Of a stretch of DNA of 64,000 nucleotides, positions 49,040 to 60,768 are shown in pieces; position 1 is the stretch's first letter, and the number at the start of each line of letters is the position of its first letter. A program made the position numbers and the translations under genes. The stretch is from Octopus sinensis (Eukaryota). The notes under the pieces are model-generated. The model was given only the letters and a program-made list of their open reading frames with translations. It had not been told where the DNA came from and ran no database searches. The stretch is from contig NC_043013.1 of NCBI RefSeq assembly GCF_006345805.1, positions 48,546,001 to 48,610,000 of the forward strand, written 5' to 3'.

Positions 49040-49640
49040 ATCCGAGCGAGATATTTTTCTGCAATGATAACGCGCATGTGCAGTGGTTAAGTAAGAGCCA
49101 ACTTCCGGAACCTGTCACCAAACATGGGCGATTCGAACACAAGATGGTACTCAGCATCTGGTGGAATTATAAGAGGATAATTCACTTCGAGTTCGTTCCT
49201 GACAGTAGAACCATCGATGTTAACTTGCACTCCAAAGAGCTGGAGCACATGTATGCCATTTTGAGGTAAAAATACCCGGTTTTATTAAACAGAAAGCGAA
49301 GTCTTCAGCAGTAAGACAACGCAAGATATCGTGCTGCTCGAACGATCCGGAATGAACTCCATGGAAATTGAGGGAATCGAACTGTCACACCCAGCATATA
49401 GTCCGGTCCTAGCTCCATGGGATTATTATTTGTTCCGATCCTTGGCTCACTTCCTGCACTTGCAACGTTTTATCATGAAGTGGAAGTTTCCGTGAAGGAC
49501 AAGCGTGGGATCAAAGAACTGGCAAAAAGATGGCTTCAGTCGATGCAACATGATAGCTTCTACTTTGGATAATAAGCTGCATTCAAATAACTTATCAAAG
49601 GATTGCAAAACTTTTGACTCAACACAATACAACTATGATT
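49040..49640 (+). mobile_element. mariner transposase fragment
   Basis: KMVLSIWWNYKRIIHFE, DNAR, HPAYSPVLAPWDYYLFRSL. Confidence 0.85.
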
Positions 49641-49838
49641 ACATTGTCTTCAGGAAAAAAATCCCCCCATTCCACACCCCTCTAAACATTAGCTGCCTCT
49701 GGGAATTTTTCCTGGCGAAAGTTTATCCTTAGTATATCTAGGATACTATCTCAAAGACTGGTCTTTCTCTTTGGAATCAGAGGATATTTCAACTTCCAAC
49801 AGCTCAACTAATTGATATTCAGTCACTAACGAACACAC

Positions 49839-50040
49839 GTCTGAGCCACAGGTGTGTCTGAGCCACAGGTGTGTCTGAGCCACAGGTGTGTCTGAGCCAC
49901 AGGTGTGTCTGAGCCACAGGTGTGTCTGACTCACAGGTGTGTCTGACCCACAGGTGTGTCTGACCTACAGGTGTGTCTGACCCACAGGTGTGTCTGATCC
50001 ACAGATGTGCCTGACCCACACACGTCTGACCCGCAGCTGT
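49839..50040. repeat. 17-bp minisatellite GTCTGAGCCACAGGTGT, about 12 units
   Basis: Period 17 from 49839; first five units identical, later ones drift. Confidence 0.95.
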
Positions 50041-51412
50041 GCTGACTCCTCGGTCTGTCTTTTCTCTCGCTACCGTAATGGCTGATATCCTACCGCCACC
50101 GCCACCACCACCACCACCACCACCACCGCTCCACTTGTCTCTCTACCCTTCTTCACTCTTGTTGCATCCAGCCCCATTATCCCAACCCTTTTCCCCAGGA
50201 CATCGTTCCTCTGAAATCTTCTTGCTCATGTCTTTCCTGCAAGTGTTAACTTGCAGTGATAAGCGGAACATTAACGAATCACTCTCACCAGTTTGGGAGG
50301 ACCTTCAAGGGACATGGTCTCTGCACTTTCCCTCAGACTCAGCAAGTAAATTAAAAACTGAGCCATAGCACTCTTTGGAGAGGGATGTAAATTTGCAAAG
50401 AGGCGGCAACTGTCCAGGAGGGGGTGGGTTTATTAAGGGATCGTCATTTTTCTTCGGAATAAAGTACTATACCAGATACAAACGCATTTCCGAAAAAATC
50501 TGTGTCGTGATTAAAGTATGAAGAGGATAATGTTTAATGAGTGATGAGTGAGTAGAAAACATGGCATCATGAGCTAATATAATTTCGCTATGTGAATTCT
50601 CACCTCCTTCGGTAATTTCCATAAATTTTTTACTTATGAGGAGACTAGTCCACTCAAACATGTAGAAAGTGGGACATGCTAGATAGGATAATATAAGTAA
50701 ATAGGGATAATAAGCCATAGGGCAAAAATTGGGTTCTCCTTAATTAAGATACTCTCATTTTGTGCTCCTACAAAAGACGAGAAGGAGCAGAATGAGGAGG
50801 GGTTTGTAAAACGCCATGCAGTGAAAGGGTGGTGGCGCTGAGCAACAAAAAAGGCTGAGAAACTGACGTAATTGCGTCGTTGTTGCTCGCCTCAATTAGT
50901 CGTAGATTTACGTGTTGATGAGATGCTTAATTGACGAACTTGGTTCGTCAGTGGCGAGGCAACGTCTTCATAGATCTCTTCGTATTCACTTTGTTCTGAC
51001 TGTTGTCGTTGTCAACTCTAATTGAACAAAACTATGATCACAGATGTTCCACCTTTGAGCATGCCATCTTTTTTTTTTCAGGTACAATGTCTGAAAATAA
51101 TTACGTTGTCTTCTAATGATTTCTATTTGTATTTACCTGCTGAAATTTCTTTCTCTGTTGTTTTCATGCTCTGAGATCATGATTACAACAAGCAATAGAG
51201 CCGCCACATCTCGCAAAGGCTTTAGCCTTCTTTTAAACGCATAATTAAAGAGGAAACTAACAACTTTATTAACTGGACAATGTATGCTGGATTGATTATA
51301 ATTGCTTATTCCAAGGAAATGAATTGGGAAATAAATACGAGACTGGCGCCTTGCATTTAGTTTCAGTCAAAAGGAAATCTTGAATTTTAATATTTCCGAC
51401 AGTTAATAAGTC

Positions 51413-51595
51413 GGTGACCTGGCCGAATCGTTGGCGCGTCTTTACGTTCTGAGTTCAAATTCCGCCGAGGTCGACTTTACTTTTCATCCTTTTGGGGTCG
51501 ATTAAATAAGTACCAATTGAACACCGGGGTCGCTGTAACCGACTTACTCCTTCCCCTGAAATTACTGGTCTTCTGCCAAAATTTGAAATCGATAT
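51413..51595 (+). mobile_element. SINE-B with third tail type
   Basis: Core match; tail ...GCCAAAATTTGAAATCGATATT. Confidence 0.8.
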
Positions 51596-52007
51596 TTCTG
51601 TCAGTTAATGGCTATGCTATCTGAATGTGTTGTAGACCATCACAACTCTTATACGTGCATGTATACACCCCTATCACCACCACACATACGAAAGCTTTAA
51701 ATATGTAGATTTCTTCATACTATTGACCACAAATATAAACAATCTATCTTCCATTTCCTATTCTTATCTGCAGCTTTAATGCCGCAAAACCAAAATTAAT
51801 TTAGGCATAATGCGATTCTATATTTATATTGACTTATCACACGAAGCAATAACAATATTTATTTGCCATTTCATATACTGTTATTTTATTTATATCTTAA
51901 TGATAAATAGATTGATAAGGACATCATTGATATTGTGGGCGTAGTTAGATCAATAATCTATAAAGAATTTGACCTCTCAATCAGTAAAATTCATTTACTG
52001 TCAAGTA

Positions 52008-52394
52008 GGGAAGCACTCCGTCGGTTACGACGATGAGGGTTCCGGTTGATCCGAATCAACGGAACAGCCTGCTCGTGAAATTAACGTGTAAGTGGCTGAG
52101 CACTCCACAGACACGTGTACCCTTAACGTAGTTCTCGGGGATATTCAGCGTGACACAGAGAGTGACAAGGCCGGCCCCTTGAAACACAGGTACAACAGAA
52201 ACAGGAAGTAAGAGTGAGAGAAAGTTGTGGTGAAAGAGTACAGTAGGGATCACCACCATCCCCTGCCGGAGCCTCGTGGAGCTTTTAGGTGTTTTCGCTC
52301 AATAAACACTCACAACGCCCGGTCTGGGAATCGAAACCGCGATCCTATGACCGCGAGTCCGCTGCCCTAGCCACTGGGCCATTGCGCCTCCACA
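52008..52394 (-). mobile_element. SINE-D, tail type 3
   Basis: 11-bp TSD ACTGTCAAGTA. Confidence 0.9.
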
Positions 52395-52873
52395 ACTGTC
52401 AAGTAAAGCTATAAGAAAGAAGGGCATTTGTACACGATTTAAAACCACGTTTATTTCAAACTGAAATGCGTAAATCATGGGACGCTCGCAGAACAGCGAG
52501 ACACCAACAATCTGTTTATTCATTCGTAATATGTTCTGGTAGATTCGATCATGAATATCTGTCTTATCACTGTGCTTTCCGTCAACGAGAGAACAACTTC
52601 CTCCTTTTAGACAATGAGGGTTCATAACAGACGTGATTCACTGGTGTAAAGGGACTTTGAGACATCACGTTTTTTCGACCTCGTTATGCGCCTCATCCGT
52701 CAAAGCCATCCCTCGGACTGATCGTCGAAAGGGAGGATGTGCCGTTCTCCACTGATGAAAAATAACAGCCATCAGAGATGTTCAGATTCATTTCTGCAAG
52801 AACGTATTAAAAACGGATACGTTATTCTTAGGAATCCACTGCTTTGTCAATTAAAATTTTAACCGCTTTCTTG

Positions 52874-52916
<43 letters not shown>

Positions 52917-52950
52917 CACACACCACACACACACCACACACTCACACACT

Positions 52951-52981
<31 letters not shown>

Positions 52982-53379
52982 ACGCAAACATACACGCACA
53001 CACACGTACACATATGAATATATTTTCTTTGGTTTCGCAAAATGGATGTTGCAGATAAACACATTATTTATTATACAAAACTCATAACATTTAGCTCTAG
53101 CCTCATTACTTTCTCTTAATCCATATTTCTGTCCAGCAACGTTCAATTCTACATTTTTCTCTCCAACGTTTCCACCACTGATTGTCGCTTTGAGCTTCTT
53201 CGGATTTTCTTGGGCTCGGTCGCACCACCCAGTCAATCCCGTATAGCATTTGTAAAGGTAACAACTCTTATTCATACAGAACTGGTGGATGAAGAATTTT
53301 GTAGGATGACTGACCTGTGTACAAACATGCTAGAGTTTCCATAGGAGCGTACGGAGTGTAACAAGATGCTTTACTTCCC

Positions 53380-53606
53380 GGCGAGCTGGCAGAAACATTA
53401 GCACGCCGGACGAAAGGCTTAGCGTATTTCGTCTGCCGATACGTTCTGAGTTCAAATTCAGCCGAGGTTGACTTTGCCTTTCATCCTTTCGGGGTCGATA
53501 AATTAAGTACCAGTTACGCACTGGGGGTCGATGTAATCGACTTAATCCGTTTGTCTGTCCTTGTTTGTCCCCTCTATGTTTAGCCCCTTGTGGGCAATAA
53601 AGAAAT
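53380..53606 (+). mobile_element. SINE-B
   Basis: 20-bp TSD AAGATGCTTTACTTCCCGGC. Confidence 0.95.
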
Positions 53607-53949
53607 AAGATGCTTTACTTCCCGGCAATGCTCTGAAAAGCATATACGTTTCTCCAATCACATGAATGATTGAAAGAAGATTACTGTTGTTTGGTCAGAT
53701 GATTTTTTCATCCCGTGAATGTCAAGAACACCTCGTAACATGCAGGTGCAAGCACCGTCAAGCCTTGCTTCCAAGAATTTAGAAAATATTCAAGCAGTTG
53801 AAGCCATACCGTAGCTCTGTTTTTTCTATAAGATTGTCTGACGACGGTGACTTTCATATGACAATGGAGCTTTGAAGAACAGCCCATGATCTCATGATTT
53901 TTGTAGCCTTTTCTGTGGATACGATGCTACTTTCTAAATATGTGAAGGA

Positions 53950-54340
53950 ATCTACAGATTTTTAGAAGACGTTGTTTTGATTGTACATATCGATCACTAC
54001 TGATTGTGAAAGGTTGCAACAGTCATTGAGGTATTGACATAAAGATCAAAACTTTCAGCCAATTTTTCCATGTCAGTGTGGCAGCTCCTAATATGATGCT
54101 TGTGAAAAGTGCGATATTATCGGCATAATCTGCATCTGTTATGGTTGTGGCTGGGTGACGAAGGGAGGGGGAGGTTGTTAGATTGAAGCCAAGTTTTACA
54201 ATGTTGTTAATTGAAATGCGAAGGACATAGTCAAGTTGGACGATATGTAAGAATTGTGCAAACATATCGCTTTGAAAGACATCTGCATTGATGTTTTAGA
54301 AATCGATGTATCCCTAAGTGGCGATTTGCTTTCAGTTCTT
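53950..54340 (-). mobile_element. RTE-type RT fragment
   Basis: TDADYADNIALF (YADD box relic). Confidence 0.65.
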
Positions 54341-54387
54341 CTGTTCTGGTTAAGCATGATTACTGCTGCCACTACTTTTTGAAGAGT

Positions 54388-54546
54388 AGAGTGGCTGTGT
54401 GGTAAGCAGCTTGTTTATCAACCACATGGTTCCGGGTTCAGTCCCATTGCGTGGCATCTTGGGCAAGTGTCTTCTGCTATAGCCCTGGGCCGACCAATGC
54501 CTTGTGAGTGGATTTGGTAGACGGAAACTGAAAGAAGCCTGTCATA

Positions 54547-54613
<67 letters not shown>

Positions 54614-54748
54614 TGTGTGTTTGTGTGTCTGTGTTTGTCCCCCTAGCATTGCTTGACAACCGATGCTGGTGTGTTTAGGTCCCCGTAACTTAGCGGTTCA
54701 GCATGGCCGCAGTCAAATGACTGAAACAAGTAAAAGAGTAAAAGAGTA
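54388..54748 (+). mobile_element. SINE-A with 3' internal deletion
   Basis: Family match. Confidence 0.85.
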
Positions 54749-55610
54749 AGGAGAATTTGTTTTATTTCGTCTCGGTGGAACAGTGTCAAAAACTTTTGAG
54801 AAGTCTACAAACAATAAGGCTACCTTCAGGACAATATCTTACCACCAGTTTCAATTAGAACCCTAAAAATCGCTATTAAACACGATCTTGACATCAGACG
54901 AAATGATTTTGAATTCGATTAGTGGTTCTCAGCCTTTCCTTGTTCGGTGCCCACTCCTACCGTATTGCATTTTACAAACATCCCTCTCCATGTTTTGTTC
55001 CTATCCCTCCCCCACAAAAAACAAAAAAACAGCAGATTATTTTAATGAAACAGAAGCTACTTTAGCACAGTATTTATTATCCATGTTTTCTTATCCAATC
55101 CCACCCTACATGTGCCACTTTGTAAGTATTTGCGTTGACTAGTACTTTCTATGTAACATTTTAACGATGATTACTATAGAAGGTGAGAACCTTCAAAATA
55201 AAATCATATTTAGATTTATCATTAGAGCATTCAAATAAAGCAACTTAAAAGAACAATAGAGACTAATCTTAAATAGAATCTTATTAGCTTTATTACTGCT
55301 ATTAGCCATCAAACACATATTATTAGTATTTGGATAATTTTATGGTAAAACAAACAATTGTAAAATATTTAAAAATATTCAGTAACTAATTAAGTTTCAA
55401 AATCAATATCCATTAATTGAAGAATAACTAATGGTGTTTGATGAGGTTTTACTACTTTAGAAATAATAAATTCAATATTTGCGAGTCAGAGCTTCAAGTC
55501 GCTTCTTTAACGTATTTTAAATCTACTTTGCTGTTAAGCTAACAGTTCATCTACTATGCTGAACACTTTCTCAACCAGGTACAAGGGAGAAACTACCAAC
55601 AGCAGCTACC

Positions 55611-56105
55611 GTGGAGGCGCAATGGCCCAGTGGTTAGGGAAGCGGACTCGCAGTCGTAAGAACGCGGTTTCGATTCCCAGACCGGGCATTGTGAGTGTTT
55701 ATTGAGCAAAAACACCTAAGCTCCACGAGGCTCCGGCGGTGGGATGGGTGAACCTCGCTGTACTCTTTAATCACAACTTTCTCTCACTCTTTCTTCCTAC
55801 TTCTGCCACAAAGCAGAGGAACCATGGTGTAACCCACTATGGTGTGGTAAACTTTCAGACCCTAGTCTAGATTGCGAATCCTCTGTACCCCTGGATGGTT
55901 CAGCTTTCCACCCGTTAAAATCCACCGTTTACGGAATGAGGATAACAACGTAGCTTTCGCGTCCGTGCAACCGCCAGTCTATCGCGTGTGGTGGTTGGAT
56001 CTTCAAGTTGCCGCACGCATTCTTAGTAGCCTAGAGTAGGCGCGAATTAGAGATTATTTTTTGTGACTAATGGCGGGAGTCCTGATTGGAAGAAGAAGAA
56101 GAAGA
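55611..56105 (+). mobile_element. SINE-D, tail type 4 ending (GAA)n
   Basis: 8-bp TSD CAGCTACC. Confidence 0.8.
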
Positions 56106-56451
56106 CAGCTACCTCTCTTATTTCCCCAAGCAAGGATAACTGTTATATCACTGATAACACAACGTCTTGTAAATATTTGAATCTCAACCATGATTCATCG
56201 AAAATGTTTTAAAAATATAAGTATTGTACAAATTTTTAAATGTTTTATTTCTAAGAAAAATCATGACCATCAAAAATATCAAGCGTCCTCTTGATACTTT
56301 CCTTCCCCCCAGTAACCAAAATAGGTAGCTCCCCTAGTGAACGCCATCATAATGAAATTGGTTACGTACTTTGCAATAAGAGATGAACGAATTCAGTTTA
56401 GATCGCCAAAATTATACCATGGGATAATTGTGGTAGGGATAATCAATTGTT

Positions 56452-56906
56452 GGATCTTTTCGGTTTGACCGGCAGTTTTTAACATAATTTCCACGTAACT
56501 AAGCACTTTTAAACTTCGTATACTGGTAGAATGTGTTTATAAAACATCTTTTTCTCTTGGCTTTATTGAGAAGATTCTATAGTTTGTAAGACATTTGTTG
56601 TTTTTTTCTTCAATTTCTGCAATTTCAACCAATCAACGACGTGTATTGAGGTAAAAAAACATTCTGTGCCATATGAAAATGTCCCTCGTTTAAGAAACAG
56701 ATTGGGTTTATTTACATTTGTGAATAAAAAAAGATACCCTTCCCCCCACCCCTAACCCTAACTAACCCTAACCCTAACCCTAACTAACCCTAACCCTAAC
56801 CCTAAAACAAATTGAAATGCAATAGATCGATACTAGGGTCATAATTATGGGTGACAATTTCATATGACACCGATAGAAAAAACTGCCGGTCAAACCGAAA
56901 AGATTC
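56452..56906 (+). mobile_element. Merlin-like MITE
   Basis: Same family; 8-bp TSD CAATTGTT; expanded (CCCTAA)n. Confidence 0.85.
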
Positions 56907-56999
56907 CAATTGTTTATATTTAGGATCAAATTTCGATTGAAGAAAATAAAAAGCAAGTGTCAGGCCCAAGAGGTGCAATCTTTAAGACTTATTAGAAAG

Positions 57000-57350
57000 T
57001 TATGTCGTGTATATCAAGAATCGATTTGCAGCTGTTAATGGTTGACAGTTATTCAGAGGAGCTACAACAAGAATTGAATGACATTGTTCAAGAAGTAGCA
57101 AGAAATCATCTGAACAGAAGGCAAAAAGCAAGAAAGTCTAAATGGATTTTAGTAGTAGCAATAGAAATTGCAGAAGACTGCAGCAGGCAAAATCAATGGG
57201 AAGTGGTAAGAAATGTACAAAACTGAATGGAAAATTCCAGACAGCAACAAAGAACGAAAAGATACTTATTTGAAGAAGGTATGTATATCGACAAAAAGGA
57301 AAAAAACCAGAAACTTCTGGAAGGAAATTAAAAAGGGGAATAAATAATGT
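57000..57350 (+). mobile_element. RTE/BovB-like LINE internal fragment
   Basis: RRQKARKSKWI...IAE...FQ resembles the EN-RT linker region. Confidence 0.5.
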
Positions 57351-57532
57351 ATCAAATCTTACAAAATATACAAGGCTTAATCTTAATTAGTTTATCTGAA
57401 AGCTGATGCCACGTGAGTTCCCAATATGTTAAGATTGAAAAGAATTTTTTTAAATGTGAACAATTTAAAATTTTGATAAACTGGAAACAACAGAATCTAT
57501 GTTTAGATATTTCAATATTTATACATATGAAG

Positions 57533-57730
57533 GTGGCGAGGTGGTAGAATTGTTAGCACGCCGGACAAAATGCTTAGCGGCATCTCGTCCGGTTTTGCGT
57601 TCGGAGTTTAAATTTCGCCGAAGCCGACTTTGCTTCGAGATCGATAAAGTAAGTATCAGTTGAGCAATGGGGTCGATGTAATTGACTTACCCAGAATTGC
57701 TGGGCTTTTGCCAAAATTATAAATCAATAT
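57533..57730 (+). mobile_element. SINE-B, diverged
   Basis: Head, core and third-type tail. Confidence 0.75.
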
Positions 57731-57797
57731 TAAGGAGATGTACTTGCATAGCAAGTGACCTGATCTGAGATCGTGTGCTGGAACGAAAACAATAGCA

Positions 57798-58477
57798 GAC
57801 CTCCATTTAGGTAAACAACATTCCGTGCTGTATGAATATGTCCCTTGTTTAAGAAACAGATTGGGTTTATTTACATTTGCGAAGAAAAAAAGATACCCTT
57901 CCCCCATCCCTAACCCTAACCCTAACCCTAACCCTAACTCTCCCTAACTCTAACCCTAAATCTAAAATAGATTGAAATGCAATAGATCGATACTAGGGTT
58001 ATAATTACGGGTAACATTTTCATTTGACACCGCTAGAAAAAATCCCATTTTCCATAGCGGTGTCGTATGAAATTGTCACCCATAATTATAACTCTAGTAT
58101 CGATCTATTGCATTTCAATCTATTTTAGATTTAGGGTTAGAGTTAGGATGAGTTAGGGTTAGTTAGGGTTAGGGTTAGGGTTAGGGGTGGGGGAAGGGTA
58201 TCTTTTTTTCTTCGCAAATGTAAATAAACCCAATCTGTTTCTTAAACAAGGGACATATTCATACGGCACGGAATGTTGTTTACGTCAATGGAGGTCAGCG
58301 ATTGGTTAAAATTGCTGAAATGCTTGAAATTAAAGTTGAAATATGTTACAACCTATAGAATTTTCTCAATAAAGCCAAGAGAAAAAGATGTTTTATAAAC
58401 ACATTCTACCAGTATACGAAGTTTAAAAGTTAACTAGAAATTGTGTTGACATTGTGCCGTTCAAAAGGAAAAGATCC
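57798..58477. mobile_element. Foldback form of the Merlin-like element
   Basis: Arms 57798-58035 and 58055-58296, 19-nt spacer; right arm continues to the TIR ending at 58477. Confidence 0.8.
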
Positions 58478-59559
58478 GCGTTTAAATCAATAGATTCTGT
58501 TGATTTCAGTTTATTTGAATGTTTAACAAATATCCGTATAAGATCTAATATTCTTCTTAGATCAGAAGGTTTTATGTATTACATGCATAATCACTTGTGT
58601 AAATAGGGATTTTATAATCCAGTTACATAAATACATCCTCATTAACATATATATTTACAACATAGCACATTGCAATATAGAACACAAAGCAAAACTATAT
58701 AGAAAAAGCATTAGTTTGCTGAGAATGATCCATTCTAACCAACATAAATAATTATGCGTGATAATAACAAGAATAAGTTTAATCGCCTGATTTACTTGTT
58801 GATAAATAAAAGTAATTGCGACTAGCTATATCGATCACGATAAAAATATACAAATAATACGAGGTTTTATTTTCGACTTCAAAGATAATACATAAGAGAG
58901 ATTTATGTTATAGATACATAGTTAAAAGGATATATGTTGCATCTTTGTATCTATAGCAACAATATCACGATACTCCGTAACTGATTTGCTGACTATCGCT
59001 ACTTTGTTAAAATATTTCATAGCTATGTTTGCTCTGATTGTCCATCGAGCAATGCGATCGGCACTGTGCCTCTGGGCTGCATCGACCGGCCCTGCCCTGT
59101 CACACAGAGCTGGTCGGACTGCTCTTCAACCACAGTTAACAATTCCAGCTAGTATGCTCCTCTACAATAGTTCTTCTTAGCAGTCATACTCATTAAATAT
59201 AGTTTCAATTGATATGAGGAACTGATTAATTAGAAAAATGATTATGTAAGCTCAGTTGCTGTCTCCAATTTGTTTGAGTAGATGAAATGATGGTAACAGT
59301 GTTTCCATTTTGCATTTGGTTATGTGAGATTTCACGAGACTTGGAAAGCTATTTAATTGTTAAAATGGGTGACTCATAAAATACCCACTTTCCGCACACA
59401 CTAAGATATCATACGGTCTTTATTAGTGACACAATGTTTGACTGCATAAGATTTGTAGCGGACGCTTAAGGGAAAATCCTTCCTCTCTGTTACATATACA
59501 TGAGTATGGACGTAGTAGATAACAACTGGCCTTCGGCCGCTCTTTTGGACCCTGTTGTG

Positions 59560-59745
59560 TCCACTACTCTGATTGGTTGGTATTGGCGCAATTTGTCTCT
59601 TGCTCTATTGCGCACCAATATGCAACCCAACCAGTCGCAGCCTTCTGATGAGGTCACGTGAGACAGTCTCTTCTAAACCCCAGTTTGCGCCGACTGGTCC
59701 CTATAAAATTTCAGTGATTCACTGAGTCGAGGTCAGTCGGTTTCA
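59560..59745 (+). promoter_or_regulatory. TATA/Inr Pol II promoter with CCAAT boxes and E-box
   Basis: TATAAAA at 59702-59708; Inr TCAGTC at 59733-59738 (+1 A about 33 nt downstream of the TATA); AGGTCACGTG at 59651-59660; ATTGG/CCAAT at 59572, 59582 and 59615. Confidence 0.65.
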
Positions 59746-60399
59746 AACCTTTTTTAGGTCTAGCCGCTGACCACACAACACACAGCCAGTTCCAGTGACA
59801 AAAACCACCGCAGCCACATGAAGACGCAGCAACATTCGTCCAACAGCATACGGCAGTCTCTTTCTCTGTTACCTCCGTCTTAACGTCGTCAATAACATCT
59901 CTCTACGTACACAGCAACCAGTAACCCTCGCACAGGTTCTATCTCAACACTGTTTGTGTATTACTTCACCATGGTTAACAGCAAATACAACCTGTGAGAT
60001 CCCCTGTATCAAGTGACCGGCAGCAGCATAGTAGCCACAACTTCTTACGCAACATGTGTCTCAACCGGCTCTGCTTCTTCGCCTCAACTTCTCGTTACAG
60101 TTCTTCAACTATCGTGTACCTTGACTACGAACTGGTATTTATCATCCTTGTGTCTGAATATTCTTCTAACGTCATATTATAGACTCTTTCAAAGCTCTGT
60201 ACTTAATGCACGCACATACACACTTTGTATAGATGACGGCCTGTCTATTATTATGCATATATGACGCACACACAGACACACTTGTTAACCTATCAATAAA
60301 ATCTTCTCTTAACATTCTACTGGTTGTGTCTGTCTCTCTTCCTTCTGGCAATTGTACTCATTTAACCTTTTTGATATTTATTGTAATCGACCATGTGGT

Positions 60400-60701
60400 G
60401 TACTAAAGGAGTCATTCATCATCACCTCTCCTTCGCACGGTCGTTCTACAGACTATACATTACACCCCTCTGTATTGGATTACTATGTGGTTTATAGCCT
60501 GGTCTACTAAAGGAAAAACGTACTCAACACTAGAGCTGAGGACACCCCCGAAAGTGTGTGTGTGGTGGGGAATCAGGTCAAAAAAGGAAAAGAAGTTGGA
60601 GCTGAAACCGGACGTGGTTCTTCCTGATGATGTCTTTAGCCAATGGATCCTATAAAGGAGCTGCTGAGGTAGAGAACGACGAAACATGGTTGGAATTTCT
60701 C

Positions 60702-60702
<1 letters not shown>
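60400..60702 (+). mobile_element. Probable PLE end with hammerhead-like motif
   Basis: CTGATGA at 60624 ... GAC-GAAAC at 60681; runs into (TA)n. Confidence 0.4.

Positions 60703-60764
<62 letters not shown>

Positions 60765-60768
<4 letters not shown>

Noticed and set aside
50039-50368. Poly-Pro ORF
   Set aside because: Driven by a (CCA)n microsatellite; no other coding signal.
52877-53275. 132-aa minus-strand ORF as a host exon
   Set aside because: Its C-terminal third is (GT)n, it has no recognisable domain, and splice support is weak.
56745-56805. Telomere or chromosome end
   Set aside because: The (CCCTAA)n tract is internal to a TIR/TSD-bounded MITE.
59645-59670. Hammerhead at CTGATGAGGTC
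   Set aside because: No GAAA after the putative stem II; the sequence is better explained as promoter motifs.
59827-60035. QQHSS repeated in two small ORFs
   Set aside because: The second occurrence lies upstream of any ATG in its frame (stop at 59976); probably chance.
59971-60264. Selenoprotein, readthrough or antizyme-type recoding at TGA 59995
   Set aside because: No SECIS seen, no UGA-CUAG context, no UCC-UGA shift site, and the extended peptide is unrecognisable.
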